Part shown: one piece after another, positions 8,570-19,150 of the stretch
Layout of the letters: each line of letters opens with the position of its first letter
Position numbering within the stretch: position 1 is the first letter of the stretch
Assembly (NCBI GenBank): GCA_963840855.1
Contig: CAWJBB010000040.1
Location: 128,001-192,000 of the forward strand
DNA: 64,000 nt
DNA from: an uncultured delta proteobacterium
Lineage (GTDB): Bacteria; Desulfobacterota; Binatia; UBA9968
Direction of reading: 5' to 3'
Position numbers and translations under genes: made by a program
Notes under the pieces: generated by a model
Databases searched by the model: none
What the model saw: the letters and a program-made list of their open reading frames with translations, nothing else
What the model was told of the DNA's origin: nothing

Positions 8570-11500
8570 GTGACCGAGGTGCGACCAACCGTCTTCATCT
8601 CTTACGCTCGCAGCGATGACGAGCCGTTCGTCGAACGGCTGCATCGAGACCTCGAGACGGCAGGGATCGACGTTTGGTGGGACCGCGACACGATGCCGAG
8701 TCGTGGTCGTACGTTCCTGCAGGAGATTCGCGACGCCATCGAGTCGGTCGACCGGGTCATTGCCGTGATCGGTCCGGCAGCCGTCCGCTCGGACTACGTC
8801 CGCTACGAGTGGGACTACGCCCTGCTCTTCGCAAAGGGCTTGCTGCCTATCTTGCGCCTGGGCGACCACACACTGCTGCCGTCCGAGTTGAGGCCGGACG
8901 TGGGTGACGGTCTCGCCGCGGTCGATTTCGGCAAGCTGCATTCCCCTGATTTCCGTGACGGACGTCCATACGACGCCGCGCTCGCCGAGTTGGCGCGGAT
9001 CATCCGGCAGCCGGTGGCCGCCCTTGCTTCCTACGATGGAACGCCGGCCTTGCCGCCACATTGGCTTGCACGGCCCGACGATCTTCAGCGGCTGCACCAG
9101 ACCGTACTGGCCGACATCCTCCGCCCGGAAGTGATGATTGCGAAGCGGCAAACGATCGCGCTGACGGGGATGGGCGGCATGGGCAAGTCGGTGCTGGCGG
9201 CAGCATTCGCTCGCGCAATCAGCACCAGGCGTTCAATGGTGGACGGCATTGTCTGGCTCACTGCCGGCCCCGAGGCGACTAAGGACACGGTGCTCGCCAA
9301 TCTGAAGGCCGTCGGCACCACGTTCGGCGACGACGTGGCGGCATACGTCGACGAGCCGGCCGCACGCAGACATCTCGCACCGGTGTTGGCCGAGAAGGCC
9401 TGCCTGATTGTGCTCGATGACATCTGGGCGCTCGAGCAGGTGAAGTCGTTCCGCGACGTCATGGGACCGCGATGCCGACTGCTCTTCACAACGCGGGACG
9501 GCGCACTCGTCACCGCACTCGACGCCACAGAACACCGCGTCGATGCCCTCTCCGACGATCAGGCGATCGCGCTCCTTGCCGACTGGTCCGGCGAGGAACG
9601 ACAGGCACTGGGTGACGACGCCCGAGCGGTCGCCAGTCAGTGTGGGAATGTGCCGCTGGCCCTCGCCCTCTGCGGCGCGATGGCCAGAGACGGAACGCCG
9701 TGGGCAGACTTGCTGACGGAACTGCGACACGCCAACCTCGCCTTTATCGAGGGTGGTCTTCCCGACTACACGTACCCAAACGTGCTGCGCGCACTGGGCG
9801 TCAGCGTCGAGATGCTTGGCCGGGTCAATCGGGTAGCGGCAGACCTGTATCTCGACCTCGCGGTTTTCCCGAGGGCTGCGCTCGTGCCCGAAGCGGCCGT
9901 GCTGACACTCTGGTGCAGAGGGGAAAGAATTTCGGAACCAGAGGGCCGCAAGCTCCTGGGCGTGCTCGCACGCAAGGCGCTGCTGACCGCGCAGGGAAAG
10001 AGTCCCGATCGTCAGGTGTCATTCCATACGCTCCAGCAGGATTACCTGAAGTCGGCGACGCGGGATCGTATCGAAGTTCTGCACGGCAACCTTCTCGAAG
10101 GGTATCGGGAGAAATGCGCGGCCGGATGGGCCACCGGCCCCAACGACGGCTACTTCTTCCAGCGACTGCCATGGCACCTTGCGGAGGCTGGCCGCCACGA
10201 GGAACTGCGCGACCTGCCGCTTCAATACGAGTGGATCAAGGCGAAGCTGGCGGCAACCGACGCACCCGCCGTGTTAGCGGACTTCGCACTCACAACCGAT
10301 CCGGACACCGCCGTCGTCGGAGGAGCACTGTTACGCGCGGCTCATGCAATCGGGCGCGATCCCCAGCAGCTTCCGGCACAGATCGTGGGACGTCTCAGAG
10401 ATGTTGATCGCCCACGAATCACATCAATGGTCACCGCAGCACGGGACGAGCGTGGATTCAGGTGGCTCGAGCCTCTGCGCCGATCGCTTCTTCCGTCAGG
10501 GCCGTTGCTGCGAACGTTCATCGGTCACACGGACGCCATCACATCTATCGCGTTGTTTGCCGACGGGCGTCGCGCGCTGTCGGGCTCCCGCGACAAGACG
10601 CTGCGATTGTGGAACGTCGAGACGGGCGTCGAGCTGCGTCGATTCGACGGCCACTCCGATGTCGTCAATGCCGTCGCGTTGCTTCCGGACGGGCGTCGAG
10701 TCCTCACTGGTTCCGGCAAGACGCTGCGGCTGTGGGACATCGAGACCGGCGAGTGTCTTCGTACGGACACGCTGATTTCCGGCGTGCGTACGCTGAGCAT
10801 GTTACCTGACGGCCGTCGAGCTCTCGTCGCCTGCTATCTCCCGACCCCGTTCAACGAACCGGACATGTGGCTGTGGCACATGGACGTGCCCGATGTACGT
10901 CCTTTGACCACAGTACGTGAGACCTTCGCCATGGCGCCGCTACCGGACGGCCGCCGCGTGCTCTCCGCGTCCGTCCGCATGACGCTCTGGGACCTGGAGT
11001 CTGGCGAGACGCTTCAGCGCTTCGAGGGGCATCGCCTGTTTGTCAATTCGCTCGCCCTGCTATCCGACGGGCGGCGCGCCCTGTCGGCCTCGGATGATCG
11101 GACCTTGCGGATCTGGGATCTGGGCACGGGAGACGAACTGCGCCTGCTCGAGGGTCACAGGCACAACGTCGAAGCGGTCGCGTTGCTGTCCGACGACAGG
11201 CGGGCTGTCTCAGGCTCCGCGGACTTCACGCTGCGATCGTGGGACCTCGAGACTGGTCAAAGACTAAGCGTGTTGGAGAACTTCTCGTCTGTGACGGCGC
11301 TCGCGATACTTCCGGGCACGAACCGCGCCCTCTCGGGCTCGGCGGATGGCGAGCTTCGGCTCTGGGATCTCGACGTGGCCGCGATACCTCGGAGCGAGGA
11401 AGGCCACGCCGATCGCATCACAGCGCTGGCCGTTCTCCCGGATGGTCAACGTGTACTCTCCGCATCCAAGGACGGCGCACTCGCCCTCTGGAATCCCGAG

Positions 11501-12442
11501 AGCGGCGCCATGTTCCACGCCCTGGACGGACAGGACGGTGCCGTGAATGCGATCGCGGTGCTTCCGGATGGCGGTCGGGTGGTGACCGCTTCAGAAGGCG
11601 GAGCGCTCACGCTATGGGACTTGGCAAGAGGCGAAAAGCGGCGGACGTTCCGGCATAACACCGAGCCGATCATGGCGGTGGCGTTGATGCCGGATGGCCA
11701 CCAGGTGCTATCCGCTCATCTTGAACGCAGTCTCCTGATGTGGGATCTGGAAGCCGACGAAACTCTCTCACCGAAACACCTCGGCTACGTCTCTCTGTAT
11801 GTCGCGCAACTCATCGTTCTGCCGGATGGTCAGCGTGTGCTCGTGAGCGCGGGCGACTACAACATGGATTCGATCCTGGCGTATGAATACGACCTGACGC
11901 TCCGAAGCCTGTCGGAGTATCAGGTGAAGACGCTCGACAGTTATCGAAGCGATTCCCAGGGGGAGCCGGCAGTGGTCGCGATGTACCCTGACGGCCGCCA
12001 CGCCGTGTCGGGCTCCTGCGACGGGACGCTTCGGCTATGGAGTCTCGATGAGGGTACCGAGTTGCGCCGTCTGAACGCCGGCAAAAGCGTCGCGACAGCG
12101 CTGGCCATTTACGCCGACGGCCAGCGCGCTCTTGCGGGCTTCGCCAACGGGCTGGTCCAGGCATGGGATCTCGAAACCGGGGCTGAGCGGCGCCGTTTCG
12201 ACGGGCACACCGATCGGATCGGTTGCATTGCGGTGCTTCCCGATGGCAGGCACGCGATCTCGGGATCGGACGATCGGACGATGCGACTCTGGGATCTCGA
12301 GGCAGGCATCTGCCTCAGCACGTTCACAGGCGACGCGCCGATGACAGCCGTTGTCGCGATCCGAAACGACCTGTTCGTCGCCGGGTCCGCCAACGGTCGC
12401 GTCCATGTGCTCGCGTCGCGGGAACCGACATCAACACGATAG
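8570..12442 (+). CDS. TIR / NB-ARC (STAND NTPase) / Apaf-1-like helical / WD40-repeat protein
   Basis: TIR motif VFISYARSD with Glu80 in YVRYEW; Walker A GMGGMGKS; Walker B LIVLDDIW; LLFTTR; GNVPLAL; DGYFFQRLPWHL helical domain; about 14 GH...LPDGRR..SGS.D.TLRLWD repeats. Confidence 0.95.
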   Translation: MTEVRPTVFISYARSDDEPFVERLHRDLETAGIDVWWDRDTMPSRGRTFLQEIRDAIESVDRVIAVIGPAAVRSDYVRYEWDYALLFAKGLLPILRLGDHTLLPSELRPDVGDGLAAVDFGKLHSPDFRDGRPYDAALAELARIIRQPVAALASYDGTPALPPHWLARPDDLQRLHQTVLADILRPEVMIAKRQTIALTGMGGMGKSVLAAAFARAISTRRSMVDGIVWLTAGPEATKDTVLANLKAVGTTFGDDVAAYVDEPAARRHLAPVLAEKACLIVLDDIWALEQVKSFRDVMGPRCRLLFTTRDGALVTALDATEHRVDALSDDQAIALLADWSGEERQALGDDARAVASQCGNVPLALALCGAMARDGTPWADLLTELRHANLAFIEGGLPDYTYPNVLRALGVSVEMLGRVNRVAADLYLDLAVFPRAALVPEAAVLTLWCRGERISEPEGRKLLGVLARKALLTAQGKSPDRQVSFHTLQQDYLKSATRDRIEVLHGNLLEGYREKCAAGWATGPNDGYFFQRLPWHLAEAGRHEELRDLPLQYEWIKAKLAATDAPAVLADFALTTDPDTAVVGGALLRAAHAIGRDPQQLPAQIVGRLRDVDRPRITSMVTAARDERGFRWLEPLRRSLLPSGPLLRTFIGHTDAITSIALFADGRRALSGSRDKTLRLWNVETGVELRRFDGHSDVVNAVALLPDGRRVLTGSGKTLRLWDIETGECLRTDTLISGVRTLSMLPDGRRALVACYLPTPFNEPDMWLWHMDVPDVRPLTTVRETFAMAPLPDGRRVLSASVRMTLWDLESGETLQRFEGHRLFVNSLALLSDGRRALSASDDRTLRIWDLGTGDELRLLEGHRHNVEAVALLSDDRRAVSGSADFTLRSWDLETGQRLSVLENFSSVTALAILPGTNRALSGSADGELRLWDLDVAAIPRSEEGHADRITALAVLPDGQRVLSASKDGALALWNPESGAMFHALDGQDGAVNAIAVLPDGGRVVTASEGGALTLWDLARGEKRRTFRHNTEPIMAVALMPDGHQVLSAHLERSLLMWDLEADETLSPKHLGYVSLYVAQLIVLPDGQRVLVSAGDYNMDSILAYEYDLTLRSLSEYQVKTLDSYRSDSQGEPAVVAMYPDGRHAVSGSCDGTLRLWSLDEGTELRRLNAGKSVATALAIYADGQRALAGFANGLVQAWDLETGAERRRFDGHTDRIGCIAVLPDGRHAISGSDDRTMRLWDLEAGICLSTFTGDAPMTAVVAIRNDLFVAGSANGRVHVLASREPTSTR

Positions 12443-12454
12443 GCACGCTGTTGA

Positions 12455-13185
12455 CTAGTTGGACAAAGTTCTCGTTAGAATCTTCGAAACTCCGGAGGTC
12501 GAGATTCCCACTTGACGAGCGACCTCGGCAACCCCTACTCCGTAATTCTCCACGAGCCCGCGAACTATCTTCGTTCTCACCGCAGGCAACCGGCCCGACG
12601 AAACCCGCTTCGGAGTTCCGTTAGCGACACTCCGCTCTTCTTGCATTCCTCAGCCACCACACGCTCGGCGTAACGATTTCCCCTTCTCGTGCAAGTTGCC
12701 GCAGCGCTCGTGCATCCGCCTCTCTAAGAATGCGCTCCACAAATTCTCCACTCCCCAATATCCGCTCATCAGATAATTCCCGGGCTCTACGCGGTCGCTG
12801 TGATCTGACCGCAAACCATTCCCCTGCCGATCGCGCCAGTCCACCCCCTACTAACTCCGGTCGCCTCCCCAACGTAACTCCCTCGGCAACAAATTTCCGG
12901 TATGCCTCCTTCGCATCGGAAGCTCGCCTGCCAAACTGCGCCAGTACACCCTCGCAGTCTTGCCACTGCCTGGCCGGCGGGCCGAGGATCGTTCCATGCC
13001 CGCAATACGGATACTTTTCCAGTTCCTTCAAATCCTTGACCAACTCCACCCTTAACGGATTCAAGTGAATATAGCGTAAAATCTCTTCGATCCGTCTCGT
13101 CATCGAAAATCTGCCGCTTTTCAATGCCTCGAACCATCACGTGGTGCAGGGTCCCTGGACTATCGAGTCTTGCTTGCCTCGCCAT
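12455..13185 (-). mobile_element. Degenerate REP-associated tyrosine (Y1/RAYT-type) transposase with C-terminal HTH
   Basis: MARQARLDSPGTLHHVMVRGIEKRQIF..D.DRRDF joins directly (near 13080) to LRYIHLNP, so the HUH segment is deleted; GRRPELVGGGL, DERILGSGEFV and EVARQVGISTSGVSK lie in broken frames. Confidence 0.85.
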
Positions 13186-13319
13186 ATGCTCATATCTTGC
13201 TTTGTAGCGGGGCTTTGGGATTAGCAAAGTTTATGCGGCGAGATTTGACCGGTGATGCGGTGAGCTATAACTGCGGCATCGCCGGCATGGGCATGTCTTT
13301 CAGAACCGGAACAAATCGA

Positions 13320-13626
13320 TCGACACGCCATATCGACAACACGAGCACGCGCCATGCGGCTGGTGACCAAAATTGCGGCGTGGCAGACGATTCTCAAGCT
13401 GGGGCTTTTCAACCTTGCCAAGAAAGCCGGCTTCACGATTCTCGCCGATCCGACGCAATATGAGATTCCGTTTCCCCAGCTTGAAGTCATCACCAGGCGG
13501 GGGTTTCTCAAGGCGCAGCCGGATGTAGTAACCCGGTATCTACGCGCCATCGTCGAAGGTATCTACATGGTCAAGCACAACCCGGAACCGTCGATCCGCG
13601 CCTCAGCAAAATCTCAGGATCGATGA
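13320..13626 (+). pseudogene. Internal remnant of an NMT1/SsuA-type ABC substrate-binding protein
   Basis: AKKAGFTILAD...IPFP....TRRGFLKAQPDVVTRYLRAIVEGI is typical of the family; both ends are missing. Confidence 0.6.
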
Positions 13627-14228
13627 CCGGGAAGCGTTGAAGATGTCAGCCGAACATCCGGCTTCTGGCTGGTATCGATCTGACGTAAATTTTTGACGTC
13701 GCGAGCGATGATATTGCGGCTCCGCGGCGCGGCCGAACCGACCGCCGGCGTGGCCGCAGCCTCTTCTACTGTAACTGCCAAACGTACGGGTTCGAACGCA
13801 GCGTTGGCCTGACTCACGAGGAGTTCGACTCCCCAATCGCCGGCACGAGCGAAACTCAGCTGCGCAACGTAGAGACCCCGAACACCTGAGTCGTCCCCAT
13901 GTACATGTTCTGTTCCATCCGCATGGCGATGCACCAAACGCTCCTCTTTAACGTTTTTAACTGCTTGGTAAGGAACCTTGATCTCGGCCGCCAGTTTGGT
14001 TTCTCCACCGTCGATGTCATAAAGGCGCAATTTCACATCGGCGCCTTCGAGAAGCTTCCCGGCCTTTAGCAGCCCGAAGGCGAAACGATTGGCGCCGACG
14101 ACTAATTCGGCGGTGGTGATGATCGGTTGAATTTCTTCCCCGGCCGCGGCCCTGCCATCAGCTTGAATGAAGTCAGAAAAAACCAATAAGCACAAAGCGA
14201 CAATCCCGAATTGAACCCTTTGGGTCAT
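13614..14228 (-). pseudogene. Exported protein with a His-rich HRHADGTEHVH insert, probably C-terminally truncated
   Basis: Signal peptide; LVVGANRFAFGL and PAVGSAAPRS resemble the N-half of a thioredoxin-fold family; the ORF ends abruptly against the SBP remnant. Confidence 0.5.
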
Positions 14229-14318
14229 AGTCTCGCCTCCCCGGCTCCTTACTAGCGTTAGGTGGGATCGTTGGACCGATCTCCTTTGCGACCGTGGCAT
14301 TTATCAAGCACGACCCAA

Positions 14319-14801
14319 CTACGGCGCCGGCCTCGTCAATCTGACGTGGTCCTTGGAGATTACAATGATGTCCAGAAGTCTGTGGTTAACGGCCAAATCT
14401 TCGTCGTATCGCGCCTGCCAGTCATCCCGATAAAACGAGTGCACACAAAGCACGTTCAATAATTGATTTGCGCTGACGCTGGTGAGCTTTCTTAGTAGTT
14501 CCTCGGAGATCTCCGTTTGTTTAAAAAAACGGGGAGCAGCCGAATCAAAAATAATGGTGACGAACCCGCGTTTAAATTCAACCTCGATGACTTTTTCTTC
14601 TCGAACGCTGCAGAAGTACAGGCCATCATTTTCCGATTGCGACAACTTATATTGCCCGGTTCTCAAATGCTGTTCGACCCAATGTTGAGCTGTCGGTTCA
14701 GCCGAACCATGCCCCCCGAAGGGTACGGCAATGTTCAACGGCATTAGGGAAACCATTAAGAAGATTCTGCGCGGCGCCCTGGCTAACTTTGCTGCTATCA
14801 T
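14319..14801 (-). CDS. Hypothetical protein, possibly exported
   Basis: 160-aa ORF with a hydrophobic N-terminus; no recognised motif. Confidence 0.5.
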   Translation of the reverse strand: MIAAKLARAPRRIFLMVSLMPLNIAVPFGGHGSAEPTAQHWVEQHLRTGQYKLSQSENDGLYFCSVREEKVIEVEFKRGFVTIIFDSAAPRFFKQTEISEELLRKLTSVSANQLLNVLCVHSFYRDDWQARYDEDLAVNHRLLDIIVISKDHVRLTRPAP

Positions 14802-14873
14802 TTCCGTTCTCTCCCTCATGCACGGTCGGGGGAATCTCCTTGACCCCAAAGCCTTGTGACCTACAGTCTTCCT

Positions 14874-15100
14874 GGTCTCAAAGAAAAATTCCCGATGTGC
14901 TGATATCGCACGTGGTGCCGATCCCATCGTTCAATTGCACAGGCAGAGGGAGCTTGTAGCGTTCCCCCATCCGTCTCTCCTCAAAACCACCAGCTCCTCC
15001 CACAGTGCCGCGTACCATGGCAGTGATCCCCGGTTAAAACAATTGATCGAGGGATACATTCTTCTGTGCTGTTCGATATATATCGAAAGATAGGGACTGA
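14874..15100. repeat. Module B copy a: upstream region plus truncated 5' half of the PilZ gene (14874-15018)
   Basis: Near-identical to 20146-20371; contains palindrome TTCGATATATATCGAA at 15072-15087. Confidence 0.9.
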
Positions 15101-15443
15101 CGCCGGCAGTCTTCTACAAACTTTCTCGTGCAGAAAGAGTAACGACGCGCTGAATAGAAAAAAATGTCAAAATGCGAGGCGCGACCCCAGCAACTCCAAA
15201 ACGATGCGCTCAGAGCTAACGAACGTGTGTGCTAGAGAACACGGCCAAAAAAAAGAAGCGGCCCGGGCGCCTCCAGATTACCGCTCTCAGGATAAAGACG
15301 GCCTTAGGGTCGGTTGGACAGAGAGGCGGAATTCGGCAATTTACGCACGAAGAGATATTGCTGTGTGGAGCACGCGCCTACCTTTCAGCCCCGGACGCTG
15401 CCGTCAACAGCGCCGGCCGCTTTATTTTCTACCCGCTAGCTGC

Positions 15444-16382
15444 TCAAAGAACAGAGGCAGTTGTTATCAGACTATCGACGCAGCTATTATCAAAGTCCTT
15501 CGCGCCATTTTTGCCATTGAGGGTTCCTATTCGTCCATCGGCGGATGAATTGATCGTGCACTTGATTCCAGCCTCGCTGTTTTCCGAAGTGGTAGTATTG
15601 GCCGACGCGAAGATCCCTGTTCCTTTATCGGCCCCGAGTTGCACGCTGGAATTTTGGCTTACAGCAATTCCGCTCATGCCGTTACCATCGATCGCGCTGC
15701 TAGTAATGTCAGCCTGAGAAGCCCGTGCAACACTAACCCCATTAAACTTGTTGTTGCGAATCGTGTTGCCCGTTATGCGGGCATTCGAAGACCGTGACAC
15801 GCTGATTCCATTCTGCCCATTGTTTTGGATCGTGTTGGGACTGGCGGTTGTGGCTAAACCATTCAAAATTCCGATGATTGCATACGAGCTGCCGCCGATA
15901 GAAATCCCGTTAGTTTGATTGTTTTGGATCGTGTTATTGACGATCACGGCGAAGCTCGATTGGTTCACTTGGAGCCCAATCCTTCCCGTATCCTGTATAG
16001 TGTTACCGGCTATAACCGCCTGACCGCCGCGATTTACCACAATCCCGTCTCTCCCACCTGTGACTGTGAACCCCTTTATGGTGATCCCTCTTCCTCGCAC
16101 TTCGACAGTCGGGGTTGTCTTTTCTTGGCCCTGGATCGTGGCATTCCCCTGGCCGTCAAGCACGACTCGAATAATGTCCTCCGCTATAACCAGATTTTCG
16201 TTGCAGGTCCCAGTCACCGAAAGGGTGTCTCCTGGTTTGAGCTTCTTGACTGCGTTTCCGATGGTGTTTTTACCATTGCAGGTAAGCTTTACGTTTGCCG
16301 CCTCAGCGATCGATAGAGGAAGCCATAGCAACCCCAGTAAGATACTTAATTTCCTTGCTACGATACCATTTGTCCATTTCAT
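15444..16382 (-). CDS. Secreted right-handed parallel beta-helix repeat protein
   Basis: RBS aaggagg; signal peptide; repeated I.GNTIQNN..NGI.V..SS.A units. Confidence 0.9.
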   Translation of the reverse strand: MKWTNGIVARKLSILLGLLWLPLSIAEAANVKLTCNGKNTIGNAVKKLKPGDTLSVTGTCNENLVIAEDIIRVVLDGQGNATIQGQEKTTPTVEVRGRGITIKGFTVTGGRDGIVVNRGGQAVIAGNTIQDTGRIGLQVNQSSFAVIVNNTIQNNQTNGISIGGSSYAIIGILNGLATTASPNTIQNNGQNGISVSRSSNARITGNTIRNNKFNGVSVARASQADITSSAIDGNGMSGIAVSQNSSVQLGADKGTGIFASANTTTSENSEAGIKCTINSSADGRIGTLNGKNGAKDFDNSCVDSLITTASVL

Positions 16383-16412
16383 AAAGCCTCCTTTCATTTC
16401 CGTTTGTGAGTC

Positions 16413-16466
16413 CTATTTCCTGTTTAGCTCGTCATCGATGACCCGCACGAAGTTTTCGAAGGGCTT
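16413..16466 (-). pseudogene. Possible C-terminal remnant of a DsbA-family gene
   Basis: Translates KPFENFVRVIDDELNRK*, resembling the DsbA C-terminal (Q)P.E.F...ID.EL; very short. Confidence 0.35.
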
Positions 16467-16480
16467 GAGGAGAGACGGAA

Positions 16481-16592
16481 AAACCGCCAGCTCCTGCCAC
16501 TAGCATCGCGTAGATACCAGTGATCCCCAGGTGAAAACAATTCATCGGGAGATACATTTTTCTGTGCCGTTCGATATATATCGAAAGGTAGG
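16481..16592. repeat. Module B copy b, upstream of the beta-helix gene
   Basis: cagtgatcccc.ggt.aaaacaattcatcg..agatacatt..ctgtgc.gTTCGATATATATCGAAag; palindrome at 16570-16585. Confidence 0.85.
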
Positions 16593-16614
16593 TTTTCAGG
16601 ATTTCATGGGTGAA

Positions 16615-16855
16615 GCAGGGCTCGGAGATTGCACCGCGGAGACGCGTCTTTCGACAGTCTCAGGACGTGGTGAGCTTGTCGAACCATGGAGGGCGCGTCC
16701 TTCGACTAAGCTCAGGATGCGCGGCTATGAAGAACTCCGTTCGTGGTGGTCGAACCGTACGAATTCTGTACTACTGAGGTTGAGATGTCACCACGAAGCG
16801 CACGAAGGACACGAAGATTCCGAAATTATTACATTTCAATTTCTTAACTTCGTAC
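16615..16855. repeat. REP-like (cttcgac..ctcagg / tgagcttgtcgaa) and nonamer (cacgaagNN) palindromic repeat cluster
   Basis: Related to the cluster at 20406-20570. Confidence 0.6.
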
Positions 16856-17101
16856 TACTATCGCCTGTGACAATTTTGATCCTATCTGCTGGCATAATTA
16901 CGCGGACTCAATAGGCTGCTCCACCAGGAGATCAGGGGCTTCGGTGCCTTTGAGGATCTTATCCACGTACGTAGCGGCGCGGCGGTAGCACTCGACTGTG
17001 TCCGCCCCGTAGGTCATGAGCCCACGGGCATCTAAAGCTTGTGTGTTGTTTCAAGCAGCCGTCTCGATAGTTGGACTCATCCTCCTTATCCCAAGCCATG
17101 A

Positions 17102-18955
17102 CTAACGCAGCTTGATTGGGGCCTGCAATACCCACTCCCCGTTTCCACGGCGCACTTCCAGCCACAACACTTGCGACCGCGATGGCTGAATTTCGAAGTC
17201 GTACGTCTCGCCGACCGTGACGAGCTGGCGAGCCGGTCCGGGCGTAGTCTGCCCGGCCGGCAGCGTCGCGCCGTCCTTCGCCAGCGGTTTCCACGTCGTC
17301 TGCTCGACCCCGATCGACGAGGTGCGCCGTCAAGCCGACGTTGCTCGCGGTGATGTTGATAAGACGCAGGCGATTGGGCACGCCCACGCGCATGACGATG
17401 GGGGCCGGCGTGGCGCTGCCGTTCAGCGCAAACGGCTCCCGCTGGTTCTCTTGCGGGACGCCGTTCAGGCCAATGACGACGACGTGATCGGTCGCCGGAT
17501 CGTAGCGCTCGCCAGGCTCGAGGACGATGAGCGGCCCGTAGAGGCCGCCGCCCAGTTGCTCGTCTTTGTGCCAGTGCGTGTGATAAATGAACGTGCCCGC
17601 CCGCGGCGGCGTCGAACTTCGCGACGAAGGATTGTCCCGGGGGCGACCGGCGGTGCGAGATTGCCGGGCTTCCCACCCCAGCCGGGCACGCCATCGAAGT
17701 AGCTCTCAAGCTCGATGCCGTGCCAATGAATGGCCGTGGGCTCGGTCATTCGATTGACGAGGGTAATCTCGACGGGTTCGCCGCGCGTCAGTACGATCAC
17801 GGGGCCGGGAACGGGACCGGGATTGAGACGCGGGGCGTCTACGCCTTCCAGATCCATCCGGTAACCGCTCCGGTTGCCATAGCGATTGGCCTCCTCGCGC
17901 ATCACGAGGGAAAGTCGACGCGGCGGGCGCCCATCCGATGGCCGGATCGTGCTGGTCCCGGTCACGTGAATCCCGAGTACCAGTCCCCCCATCCCCGCCG
18001 CGCTGTCATCGGTCCGGTGACTCGGCATGGGCGCCGTCGCCCGGCGCATTCATGTGCATTTGTCATGTGGCAGTGAAACAACCAATTCCCTGGACGTCTC
18101 GGGCGTCCATGACATCACGAACGTCCGGGCGGAGCCAATGTATTCGGTGACCGCCGTACGTTGCTGCTCCGGGGCGAGCCGCCGTTCGACGCCGATATCG
18201 CCCGTGGCTTCGACCGTAAAGTAGAAGCCGTGCAGATGCATGGCGTGATTACCGTGTGACAGGTTGATGATGCGCCAACGCACCCGATCGCCGACTTCGT
18301 GATGAAGCTTCTCGGCGTACGGCCACGACAAGCCATTGATGGCGAACGCGTCGGCTCGGATTGACGTGGCGCGCTTTCGCGGGCGTGGCTCTCCGAAGAC
18401 CGAGATCACAAACACTCTGTCGGCCGGCGATCCCTCGCGCGGATCGACCACGATCGCGCCGCCAAGCTGGGTGTCGCGACGTTGCCGGGTGTTGACCAGT
18501 CCGGGTCCGCCGGTCGTGGCCCAATAGAAATAGGTGCCGGGAGCGTTCAACTCGAATCGGATCTCTTGCGACGCGCCGGGTGCGACCGACACCGGATCGC
18601 AGCTGCTCGGCCTCGTGCAGAGGCCGTTGACGCGCAGCGCCGACCCTAGCGAGTTCCGCAGCGTGAGCACGACGGTCGTTCCTTCGCGAACCCGGATGAG
18701 TGGTCCAGGCACGGAGAGATCAGCGCCTTCTTCACCGAACGCGGCGACTTCAATGGGCGCACCTTGCGGCCCGTCGGGACGCCAAGTGCCTGCATCGGCA
18801 TACAACCGTACATTCAGTACGTTTTCCTCGAGCCGGCCGGCCGGACGCATGTTGTCGTTAACGGCAACGGCGCCCGCCGCCGTCGAAGGCGCCATCGAGA
18901 CAAGCCACACCGTGCACCAGAGTAAGAAAGGGAGGAACATATAAAGTCCTGACAT
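17102..18955 (-). CDS. Secreted multicopper oxidase, four cupredoxin-like domains, several single-base frameshifts
   Basis: PGPLIRV; HAMHLHG; re-framed WTPERPGNWLFHCHMTMHM...GMGGLV; TAIHWHG...DGVPG; GTFIYHTHWH; AKDGATLP; GETYDFE; stop at 17102-17104. Confidence 0.85.
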
Positions 18956-19045
18956 TTTTGACGCCTCCTTTATTGATTGTCGCAACAAGATTCATAACTC
19001 CAAGCGAAGACTTTTCATTGATGCGGTTTCTCCCTAATCGCAGAA

Positions 19046-19150
19046 TTACTTGATTACCTTGTCCGCGTTCACGAGGATTGCCGGCGGAATCGGTCGGCTG
19101 TTCCACGGGAGATTTGCCCGCTTCGCGGCTTTCAGAATTTTATCCAAGGA
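19046..19150 (-). pseudogene. C-terminal remnant of an ABC_sub_bind (PF04392-type) substrate-binding gene
   Basis: DKILKAAKRANxPVEQPT...IPPAILVNADKVIK* in broken frames. Confidence 0.65.
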
